Assembly (NCBI RefSeq): GCF_017876815.1
Contig: NZ_JAGIOS010000004.1
Span: 1-32,000 of the forward strand
DNA from: Sinorhizobium meliloti
GTDB taxonomy: Bacteria; Pseudomonadota; Alphaproteobacteria; Rhizobiales; Rhizobiaceae
Length of the DNA: 32,000 nucleotides
Reading direction: 5' to 3'
Shown here: in pieces, positions 10,901 through 22,900 of the stretch
How positions within the stretch are numbered: position 1 is the first letter of the stretch
How the letters are laid out: each line of letters opens with the position of its first letter
Notes under the pieces: model-generated
What the model saw: the letters and a program-made list of their open reading frames with translations, nothing else
Databases searched by the model: none
What the model was told of the DNA's origin: nothing
Position numbers and translations under genes: made by a program

Positions 10901-13900
10901 CAATGCAGCAGGTTCACTGTGTTCCGATGCTCGACCATGACGCCCTTAGGCGTGCCGGTGGATCCCGATGTGTAGATGACATAGGCGAGATTGCGGGCTG
11001 TCAGGCCGAGGGCATGCGGGTCGGGATCGTCAGCGGACTGGTCGGCCCAGGCGGGCATGGCCGTATCGAGATCGACCGCGCTCAGATCGGCGATTGCCTC
11101 GGCGCCCAACGCCGCGCGACCGGCGGCGTCGCAAAGCAGCAGCCGCGGGCCGGCATCGTCGAGCAACTGCCGCAGCCGTTCGCCGGGATAGGCCGGGTCG
11201 AGCGGCACATAGGCGCCGCCGGCCTTGAGGATCGCCAGCAGTCCCACCACCATCGCCGGGCTGCGCTCGACGCAGATCGCCACTGGCTGGTCCGGCCTCA
11301 CCCCGAGCCCGATCAGATGATGGGCCAGCCGGTTGGCATCGGCATTGAGCGCGCCATAGGAGATCGACTGCTCTTCGAAGACCAGTGCGACCGCGTCGGG
11401 CACCCGGCGCACCTGCGCCTCGAACAGCGCATGCACGCAAAGATCCGACGGATAGTCCGCTTCCGTCCGGTTCAACTCCTCCAGCAGGTAGCTGCGCTCG
11501 TCGGGAGGCAGGATGTCCAGCTCGGACACCGGCTGCTCGGCATCGGCAAGCATCGCCCGCAGCAGCGCCAGCAGATAACCACATTGCCGCTCGATCGTCG
11601 CCCGGTCGAACAACGCCGTCGCATAACCGAGAGTCCCGGCGATGGCCTCGCCCTGCTCTCCCAGGTTCAGTTCCAGATCGAACTTGACCTGATCGAGCCC
11701 CTCGCCCGCAGCCTCCACCTGCAGCCCCGGCAGGTCCAATGACCCGCCGGTGTTGTTCTGCCAGGCCAGTCCCACCTGGAACAACGGCGTGTGACCGAGA
11801 GCCCGGGGCGGCTGGACGATCTCCACCACCTGCTCGAACGGCAGGTCCTGATGATCCTGCGCAGTCAAGGCCGCGCGCCGCGCCCGTTCCAGGAGATCGG
11901 ACACGCTCGGCTCGCCCGACAGATCGATTCGAACCGCCAGGGTGTTGACGAAGAAACCGATTAGATCCTCGATCTCGCGGCGACGACGATTGGCCGTCGG
12001 CACACCGATCACGATATCGTCCTGCCCGGACAGGCGCGACAGCACCGCAGCCCAGGCCGCCAGCACTGTCATGAACAACGTCGTGCCATGCTGCCGGCTC
12101 AGCCGCTTGAGCCCGCGCGTCAGAGCCTCATCGATGATAACCGGCACGCTGGCTCCGGCAAACGACTGCTGTGCCGGCCGCGGCCGGTCCGTCGGCAGCG
12201 CCAGACGGGCCGGGGCGCCAGACAGGGTGTCGCGCCAATACTGCGCCTGACGCTGCAGCCGCTCGCCGGACAACCATTGCCGTTGCCAGGCGGCATAATC
12301 CGGATACTGGATCGCCAGCGGCGGCAAAGGATCGTCCTCTCCAGCCTCAAACGCGCGGTAAAGGCTGCTGAGCTCGCGCACCAGCACCCCCATCGACCAG
12401 CCGTCCGAGACTATGTGATGCTGCGTCAGCAGAAAGACGTGCTCCTCATCCGCCAGCCGGATCAGCCGGCCGCGGATCAGCGGCTCGCGCGCCAGATCGA
12501 ACGGCGTGCGCGCCTCTTCTTGGCACAGATCCAAAAGCGCGGCTTGCGCATCCGGCCTGTCCCGCAGATCGTGCTCGACCACCGGCAATCCCCTGTCCCC
12601 GGACAAAATCTGGACCTGCGGGTCATCCTCTCCGGCGACGAACGTGCAGCGCAGCGCCTCGTGACGGGCAAACAGGCGGTCAAGGCTGCGCCGCCAGGCG
12701 ACACGGTCGAGTCTGCCCTGCAGTCGCCACCCCAGGGGAATGTTATAGTTCGTGCTGTCTTCGTCCAACTGTGCCAAGAACCAGAGACGCTGCTGCGAAT
12801 AGGACAGCGGAAGCGCACCATCACGTCCGACTGGCATGATGACCGGTGCTGTCTGCGCACCAGAACCGTTCAGCACTTCGCCAACACTTAGCGCCAAATC
12901 GGCCAATGTTGGCTTGGCGAACAGGATCGCCAGCGGCAGCTCCACTGCCAAGGCCTCGGTCAGCCGGACGAGCACGCGCACCGCCAACAATGAGTGGCCG
13001 CCGAGCTCGAAGAAGTTGTCGTGGCGCCCGACCTGCTCGACGCCGAGAAGCTCGGCCCAGATCCCGGCCAGCAGCGTCTCGATCTCGCCCTGCGGCGCCT
13101 CGTAGGCCCGACGCGCATAGGCATCGTCGTCGGGGACCGGCAGCGCCTTGCGGTCGAGCTTGCCGTTCACCGTCAGCGGCAGTGCATCCAGCCGCACGAA
13201 GGCCGACGGCACCATGTAGTCCGGTAGCAGGCCACCCAGATGCGCCCGCAACGACGCAGCAAGCCCGGCGCCATCGGCTTCGGCCGACCCGTCCGTCGTC
13301 TTCGCAACCACATAGGCGACGAGCCGCTTGTCGCCCGCCGCATCCGCGTGCGCCACCACCGCGGCATCGCCGACAAGCTCATGCTCCAGCAGCCGGGCGG
13401 CGATCTCGCCCGGCTCGATGCGGAAGCCGCGGATCTTCACCTGGTCGTCATTGCGGCCCAGAAACTCGAGATTGCCGTCCGGCAGGTAGCGCGCCAGGTC
13501 GCCGCTCCGGTACATCCGGGCGCCGGCCTTGCCGCTGAACGGATCCGCCAGGAACCGCTCCGCCGTCAGATCCGGACGGTTCAGGTAGCCGCGCGCCACC
13601 CCCGCCCCGCCGATATAAAGCTCACCAACCGCCCCAAACGGAACCGGCTGACCATGGCCGTCAAGCACATAAAGCCGCGTGTTCGCAATCGGACGGCCGA
13701 TCGGCACATACCGGTGAGGCGCCTCAATTCTCGTGTCGGTAAGAAAGGTGGTCGCCCAAATCGTAGTCTCCGTCGGACCATAAAGATTTCTGAGAGATTT
13801 TACCCTTCTGCCGAGGTTCGAGGCCAGTTCTGAAGGCAACGCTTCGCCGCCACACAACGCACTTAAATCGGGCGCACCCTCCCAGCCGGCGTCGAAGAGC

Positions 13901-16900
13901 ATACGCCACGCCGCGGGGGTCGCCTGCATCACAGTTATCTTCTGATGGGATAGATACCGCTGTAATCCAATAACACTGGTTCCGTGAGCAACAACGACGT
14001 TAGCTCCCACGGCCAGTGGCAGATAGAGTTCCAGCCCCGCAATGTCGAAAGAGATCGTCGTGATCGCGAGGAGTGAATCGCGCTCTGTGAGGCCCGATAC
14101 ATCTAAAAGAGCGCGTAGAACATTGAGAACACTTGCATGCTCGACCATGACGCCCTTAGGCGTGCCGGTGGATCCCGATGTGTAGATGACATAGGCGAGA
14201 TTGCGGGCTGTCAGGCCGAGGGCATGCGGGTCGGGATCGTCAGCGGACTGGTCGGCCCAAGCGGGCATGGCCGCATCGAGATCGACCGCGCTCAGATCGG
14301 CGATTGCCTCGGCGCCCAACGCCGCGCGACCGGCGGCGTCGCAAAGCAGCAGCCGCGGGCCGGCATCGTCGAGCAACTGCCGCAGCCGTTCGCCGGGATA
14401 GGCCGGGTCGAGCGGCACATAGGCGCCGCCGGCCTTGAGGATCGCCAGCAGTCCCACCACCATCGCCGGGCTGCGCTCGACGCAGATCGCCACTGGCTGG
14501 TCCGGCCTCACCCCGAGCCCGATCAGATGATGGGCCAGCCGGTTGGCATCGGCATTGAGCGCGCCATAGGAGATCGACTGCTCTTCGAAGACCAGTGCGA
14601 CCGCGTCGGGCACCCGGCGCACCTGCGCCTCGAACAGCGCATGCACGCAAAGATCCGACGGATAGTCCGCTTCCGTCCGGTTCAACTCCTCCAGCAGGTA
14701 GCTGCGCTCCTCAGCCGGAAGAATGTCGAGCTCGCGCACCGGCCTATCGGGCGCTTGCTCCAGCGCGTCGACCAGTTGCTCGAGCGCCCGCTGCATATAG
14801 CCGCAGATCCGATCGGCGGAGATCGGTTCGACCGCATCCGCCGTGAGCCCCAGCTCCTGACCAAAATCATCCACCGACAATGTCAGCGGGTAGTTGGTCC
14901 GTTCCTCGCCCCCCAGCCATTCCATGCCGGACAGCACGTCGCTTGTTCCCTCGCCGGCCATGGCCGGCGTGTTGTGGCGATAGTTCAGCAGCGCACTGAA
15001 CAGTGGCGCTGGTGCGGCAATATCGCTGCAGCGTTGCGCCAATGCCAGCGAGGCATGCTCGTGTGAGAGCAATTCGGCCAGACGGGCGTGGGCGATACGC
15101 ACACTTTCCTCGACCCCGGTCTCATCCAGATCCAGCCGCAACGGCAAGGTATTCATGAACAAGCCCATGGCACGGTCGGCGCCGGCACCCGCATGCATGC
15201 GGCCGAACAGCACCGTGCCGAACACCACCTGCTCGCGCCCGCTGCTCAGCGCCACCACCTGGGCCCAGGCCAGATGGCAAAGGCTAGCCAGACTCACCCC
15301 CAGCCGCCGCGCCTGGTGGCGCAGCCGATCGTTGAGCGCCTGCGGCAGCATCCGCCGTGCCTCGCGGGATCCGCGGCCGTCGCCGTAGACCTCGCTCAGA
15401 GCGAACGGCAGGGTCGGCTCGTCGATGTCGGCCAGCATCTCCCGGAAGAACGCTTCATGCGCTTTGGCATCCATGCCAAGCCGCGCCTGCGCCACCAGGT
15501 TGCGGAACGGCTGCGGCGCTGCAAGCTCATGCGCGCGCCCCTGCAGCACGGCCCGGACCTCGGCATGCATCACTTCGGCCGTCGTATGATCGCCGATCAG
15601 ATGGTGCTGCAACACCAAAAGCAGCCAGCGCCCACTGCCCGGTTCGCGCGCGATCACGAACCGCATCAGCGGCGCCCGGCCAAGGTCGAGACGGTACTGG
15701 CGCGGATCGAACCGCCGCCTGAGCTCATCGGCGCCGGAACCATCACAGCCCTCCAGCTCGACCTCGAGCACATCCAAGGCCGCCTTGCGCCAGACAACCT
15801 GCGCCGGGCTCGACAGACCCTCCCAGACAAAGGCCGTGCGCAGAATGTCGTGGCGGTCGACCACCTGTTGAACCGCAGCAAGGTAGCGATCGAGCACACC
15901 CCGCTCGGCAAAGGCCATCTGCGACATCAGGAGATAGGGGTCACCCTGGGTTGCCAGCAAATGATGGAACAGAATGCCGTCCTGCAGCGGCGACAGGCCA
16001 TAGATATCCTGGATATTGCCGACGCCGCCGGGCACCGTCGACACGATCCGGTCGATCTCCGGTTGGGTAAGATCGATCAGCGGCAGCATCTGCGGCGTGA
16101 TCGCCGTACTCTGTTCCGTGATCGGGTTGGCAGGCACCGCCACCTCCCGGTGGCTGCCAAGACTGGCGGCCAGATCGGCAAGCATCGGCTTTGCAAATAC
16201 GGTGCGAACCTCGACCCCGAGCGACAGCCGCCGCAGACGCTCCATCATTTGAACGGCCAACAATGAGTGGCCGCCGAGTTCGAAGAAGTTGTCGTGGCGC
16301 CCGACCTGCTCGACGCCGAGAAGCTCGGCCCAGATCCCGGCCAGCAGCGTCTCGATCTCGCCCTGCGGCGCCTCGTAGGCCCGACGCGCATAGGCATCGT
16401 CGTCGGGGACCGGCAGCGCCTTGCGATCGAGCTTGCCGTTCACCGTCAGCGGCAGTGCATCCAGCCGCACGAAGGCCGACGGCACCATGTAGTCCGGCAG
16501 CAGGCCACCCAGATGCGCCCGCAACGACGCAGCAAGCCCGGCGCCATCGGCTTCGGCCGACCCGTCCGTCGTCTTCGCAACCACATAGGCGACGAGCCGC
16601 TTGTCGCCCGCCGCATCCGCGTGCGCCACCACCGCGGCATCGCCGACAAGCTCATGCTCCAGCAGCCGGGCGGCGATCTCGCCCGGCTCGATGCGGAAGC
16701 CGCGGATCTTCACCTGGTCGTCATTGCGGCCCAGAAACTCGAGATTGCCGTCCGGCAGGTAGCGCGCCAGGTCGCCGCTCCGGTACATCCGGGCGCCGGC
16801 CTTGCCGCTGAACGGATCCGCCAGGAACCGCTCCGCCGTCAGATCCGGACGGTTCAGGTAGCCGCGCGCCACCCCCGCCCCGCCGATATAAAGCTCACCA

Positions 16901-19900
16901 ACCGCCCCAAACGGAACCGGCTGACCATGGCCGTCAAGCACATAAAGCCGCGTGTTCGCAATCGGACGGCCGATCGGCACATACCGGTGAGGCGCCTCAA
17001 TTCTCGTGTCGGTAAGAAAGGTGGTCGCCCAAATCGTAGTCTCCGTCGGACCATAAAGATTTCTGAGAGATTTTACCCTTCTGCCGAGGTTCGAGGCCAG
17101 TTCTGAAGGCAACGCTTCGCCGCCACACAACGCACTTAAATCGGGCGCACCCTCCCAGCCGGCGTCGAAGAGCATACGCCACGCCGCGGGGGTCGCCTGC
17201 ATCACAGTTATCTTCTGATGGGATAGATACCGCTGTAATCCAATAACACTGGTTCCGTGAGCAACAACGACGTTAGCTCCCACGGCCAGTGGCAGATAGA
17301 GTTCCAGCCCCGCAATGTCGAAAGAGATCGTCGTGATCGCGAGGAGTGAATCGCGCTCTGTGAGGCCCGATACATCTAAAAGAGCGCGTAGAACATTGAG
17401 AACACTTGCATGCTCGACCATGACGCCCTTAGGCGTGCCGGTGGATCCCGATGTGTAGATGACATAGGCGAGATTGCGGGCTGTCAGGCCGAGGGCATGC
17501 GGGTCGGGATCGTCAGCGGACTGGTCGGCCCAAGCGGGCATGGCCGCATCGAGATCGACCGCGCTCAGATCGGCGATTGCCTCGGCGCCCAACGCCGCGC
17601 GGCCGGCGGCGTCGCAAAGCAGCAGCCGCGGGCCGGCATCGTCGAGCAACTGCCGCAGCCGTTCGCCGGGATAGGCCGGGTCGAGCGGCACATAGGCGCC
17701 GCCGGCCTTGAGGATCGCCAGCAGTCCCACCACCATCGCCGGGCTGCGCTCGACGCAGATCGCCACTGGCTGGTCCGGCCTCACCCCGAGCCCGATCAGA
17801 TGATGGGCCAGCCGGTTGGCATCGGCATTGAGCGCGCCATAGGAGATCGACTGCTCTTCGAAGACCAGTGCGACCGCGTCGGGCACCCGGCGCACCTGCG
17901 CCTCGAACAGCGCATGCACGCAAAGATCCGACGGATAGTCCGCTTCCGTCCGGTTCAACTCCTCCAGCAGGTAGCTGCGCTCCTCAGCCGGAAGAATGTC
18001 GAGCTCGCGCACCGGCCTATCGGGCGCTTGCTCCAGCGCGTCGACCAGTTGCTCGAGCGCCCGCTGCATATAGCCGCAGATCCGATCGGCGGAGATCGGT
18101 TCGACCGCATCCGCCGTGAGCCCCAGCTCCTGACCAAAATCATCCACCGACAATGTCAGCGGGTAGTTGGTCCGTTCCTCGTCCCCCAGCCATTCCATGC
18201 CGGACAGCACGTCGCTTGTTCCCTCGCCGGCCATGGCCGGCGTGTTGTGGCGATAGTTCAGCAGCGCACTGAACAGTGGCGCTGGTGCGGCAATATCGCT
18301 GCAGCGTTGCGCCAATGCCAGCGAGGCATGCTCGTGTGAGAGCAATTCGGCCAGACGGGCGTGGGCGATACGCACACTTTCCTCGACCCCGGTCTCATCC
18401 AGATCCAGCCGCAACGGCAAGGTATTCATGAACAAGCCCATGGCACGGTCGGCGCCGGCACCCGCATGCATGCGGCCGAACAGCACCGTGCCGAACACCA
18501 CCTGCTCGCGCCCGCTGCTCAGCGCCACCACCTGGGCCCAGGCCAGATGGCAAAGGCTAGCCAGACTCACCCCCAGCCGCCGCGCCTGGTGGCGCAGCCG
18601 ATCGTTGAGCGCCTGCGGCAGCATCCGCCGTGCCTCGCGGGATCCGCGGCCGTCGCCGTAGACCTCGCTCAGAGCGAACGGCAGGGTCGGCTCGTCGATG
18701 TCGGCCAGCATCTCCCGGAAGAACGCTTCATGCGCTTTGGCATCCATGCCAAGCCGCGCCTGCGCCACCAGGTTGCGGAACGGCTGCGGCGCTGCAAGCT
18801 CATGCGCGCGCCCCTGCAGCACGGCCCGGACCTCGGCATGCATCACTTCGGCCGTCGTATGATCGCCGATCAGATGGTGCTGCAACACCAAAAGCAGCCA
18901 GCGCCCACTGCCCGGTTCGCGCGCGATCACGAACCGCATCAGCGGCGCCCGGCCAAGGTCGAGACGGTACTGGCGCGGATCGAACCGCCGCCTGAGCTCA
19001 TCGGCGCCGGAACCATCACAGCCCTCCAGCTCGACCTCGAGCACATCCAAGGCCGCCTTGCGCCAGACAACCTGCGCCGGGCTCGACAGACCCTCCCAGA
19101 CAAAGGCCGTGCGCAGAATGTCGTGGCGGTCGACCACCTGTTGAACCGCAGCAAGGTAGCGATCGAGCACACCCCGCTCGGCAAAGGCCATCTGCGACAT
19201 CAGGAGATAGGGGTCACCCTGGGTTGCCAGCAAATGATGGAACAGAATGCCGTCCTGCAGCGGCGACAGGCCATAGATATCCTGGATATTGCCGACGCCG
19301 CCGGGCACCGTCGACACGATCCGGTCGATCTCCGGTTGGGTAAGATCGATCAGCGGCAGCATCTGCGGCGTGATCGCCGTACTCTGTTCCGTGATCGGGT
19401 TGGCAGGCACCGCCACCTCCCGGTGGCTGCCAAGACTGGCGGCCAGATCGGCAAGCATCGGCTTTGCAAATACGGTGCGAACCTCGACCCCGAGCGACAG
19501 CCGCCGCAGACGCTCCATCATTTGAACGGCCAACAATGAGTGGCCGCCGAGCTCGAAGAAGTTGTCGTGGCGCCCGACCTGCTCGACGCCGAGAAGCTCG
19601 GCCCAGATCCCGGCCAGCAGCGTCTCGATCTCGCCCTGCGGCGCCTCGTAGGCCCGACGCGCATAGGCATCGTCGTCGGGGACCGGCAGCGCCTTGCGGT
19701 CGAGCTTGCCGTTCACCGTCAGCGGCAGTGCATCCAGCCGCACGAAGGCCGACGGCACCATGTAGTCCGGTAGCAGGCCACCCAGATGCGCCCGCAACGA
19801 CGCAGCAAGCCCGGCGCCATCGGCTTCGGCCGACCCGTCCGTCGTCTTCGCAACCACATAGGCGACGAGCCGCTTGTCGCCCGCCGCATCCGCGTGCGCC

Positions 19901-22900
19901 ACCACCGCGGCATCGCCGACAAGCTCATGCTCCAGCAGCCGGGCGGCGATCTCGCCCGGCTCGATGCGGAAGCCGCGGATCTTCACCTGGTCGTCATTGC
20001 GGCCCAGAAACTCGAGATTGCCGTCCGGCAGGTAGCGCGCCAGGTCGCCGCTCCGGTACATCCGGGCGCCGGCCTTGCCGCTGAACGGATCCGCCAGGAA
20101 CCGCTCCGCCGTCAGATCCGGACGGTTCAGGTAGCCGCGCGCCACCCCCGCCCCGCCGATATAAAGCTCACCAACCGCCCCAAACGGAACCGGCTGACCA
20201 TGGCCGTCCAGCAGATAGATCCGCGTGTTCGAGATCGGACGCCCGATCGTTTCGACAACAGCCTGTCCCCTCGGCATGCAAATCCAAGTCGAGTACGTCG
20301 TTGTCTCCGAAGGGGCGTACAGATTGCAAATCTTCTGGACGCGCGTGCTCTCGAATATCCTCTCGATTAGGTCTGCCTTCACCCGCTCGCCCGCCAAATT
20401 GATGACGCTTGCCGATGCCGGCACGGCTTTCTGGTTGACCAGAGCGGTGATCGCCGAGGGGACCGTGTTGATCAAGGAGGCATCCACGGGCGTTCGGGCC
20501 AGCTTCAGTGCATCCTCGACGAGGTACAGCTTGCTTCCCTGCGAAAGCGGAAGGAAACACTCGTAAACGGACAGATCAAAACAGACCGAGGTCGAGAACA
20601 GCGTGCGCCTGATCTCTGATTCGGCAAACACGCCGCCACTCCAATGCAGCAGGTTCACTGTGTTCCGATGCTCGACCATGACGCCCTTAGGCGTGCCGGT
20701 GGATCCCGATGTGTAGATGACATAGGCGAGATTGCGGGCTGTCAGGCCGAGGGCATGCGGGTCGGGATCGTCAGCGGACTGGTCGGCCCAGGCGGGCATG
20801 GCCGTATCGAGATCGACCGCGCTCAGATCGGCGATTGCCTCGGCGCCCAACGCCGCGCGACCGGCGGCGTCGCAAAGCAGCAGCCGCGGGCCGGCATCGT
20901 CGAGCAACTGCCGCAGCCGTTCGCCGGGATAGGCCGGGTCGAGCGGCACATAGGCGCCGCCGGCCTTGAGGATCGCCAGCAGTCCCACCACCATCGCCGG
21001 GCTGCGCTCGACGCAGATCGCCACTGGCTGGTCCGGCCTCACCCCGAGCCCGATCAGATGATGGGCCAGCCGGTTGGCATCGGCATTGAGCGCGCCATAG
21101 GAGATCGACTGCTCTTCGAAGACCAGTGCGACCGCGTCGGGCACCCGGCGCACCTGCGCCTCGAACAGCGCATGCACGCAAAGATCCGACGGATAGTCCG
21201 CTTCCGTCCGGTTCAACTCCTCCAGCAGGTAGCTGCGCTCCTCAGCCGGAAGAATGTCGAGCTCGCGCACCGGCCTATCGGGCGCTCGCTCCAGCGCGTC
21301 GACCAGTTGCTCGAGCGCCCGCTGCATATAGCCGCAGATCCGATCGGCGGAGATCGGTTCGACCGCATCCGCCGTGAGCCCCAGCTCCTGACCAAAATCA
21401 TCCACCGACAATGTCAGCGGGTAGTTGGTCCGTTCCTCGCCCCCCAGCCATTCCATGCCGGACAGCACGTCGCTTGTTCCCTCGCCGGCCATGGCCGGCG
21501 TGTTGTGGCGATAGTTCAGCAGCGCACTGAACAGTGGCGCTGGTGCGGCAATATCGCTGCAGCGTTGCGCCAATGCCAGCGAGGCATGCTCGTGTGAGAG
21601 CAATTCGGCCAGACGGGCGTGGGCGATACGCACACTTTCCTCGACCCCGGTCTCATCCAGATCCAGCCGCAACGGCAAGGTATTCATGAACAAGCCCATG
21701 GCACGGTCGGCGCCGGCACCCGCATGCATGCGGCCGAACAGCACCGTGCCGAACACCACCTGCTCGCGCCCGCTGCTCAGCGCCACCACCTGGGCCCAGG
21801 CCAGATGGCAAAGGCTAGCCAGACTCACCCCCAGCCGCCGCGCCTGGTGGCGCAGCCGATCGTTGAGCGCCTGCGGCAGCATCCGCCGTGCCTCGCGGGA
21901 TCCGCGGCCGTCGCCGTAGACCTCGCTCAGAGCGAACGGCAGGGTCGGCTCGTCGATGTCGGCCAGCATCTCCCGGAAGAACGCTTCATGCGCTTTGGCA
22001 TCCATGCCAAGCCGCGCCTGCGCCACCAGGTTGCGGAACGGCTGCGGCGCTGCAAGCTCATGCGCGCGCCCCTGCAGCACGGCCCGGACCTCGGCATGCA
22101 TCACTTCGGCCGTCGTATGATCGCCGATCAGATGGTGCTGCAACACCAAAAGCAGCCAGCGCCCACTGCCCGGTTCGCGCGCGATCACGAACCGCATCAG
22201 CGGCGCCCGGCCAAGGTCGAGACGGTACTGGCGCGGATCGAACCGCCGCCTGAGCTCATCGGCGCCGGAACCATCACAGCCCTCCAGCTCGACCTCGAGC
22301 ACATCCAAGGCCGCCTTGCGCCAGACAACCTGCGCCGGGCTCGACAGACCCTCCCAGACAAAGGCCGTGCGCAGAATGTCGTGGCGGTCGACCACCTGTT
22401 GAACCGCAGCAAGGTAGCGATCGAGCACACCCCGCTCGGCAAAGGCCATCTGCGACATCAGGAGATAGGGGTCACCCTGGGTTGCCAGCAAATGATGGAA
22501 CAGAATGCCGTCCTGCAGCGGCGACAGGCCATAGATATCCTGGATATTGCCGACGCCGCCGGGCACCGTCGACACGATCCGGTCGATCTCCGGTTGGGTA
22601 AGATCGATCAGCGGCAGCATCTGCGGCGTGATCGCCGTACTCTGTTCCGTGATCGGGTTGGCAGGCACCGCCACCTCCCGGTGGCTGCCAAGACTGGCGG
22701 CCAGATCGGCAAGCATCGGCTTTGCAAATACGGTGCGAACCTCGACCCCGAGCGACAGCCGCCGCAGACGCTCCATCATTTGAACGGCCAACAATGAGTG
22801 GCCGCCGAGTTCGAAGAAGTTGTCGTGGCGCCCGACCTGCTCGACGCCGAGAAGCTCGGCCCAGATCCCGGCCAGCAGCGTCTCGATCTCGCCCTGCGGC

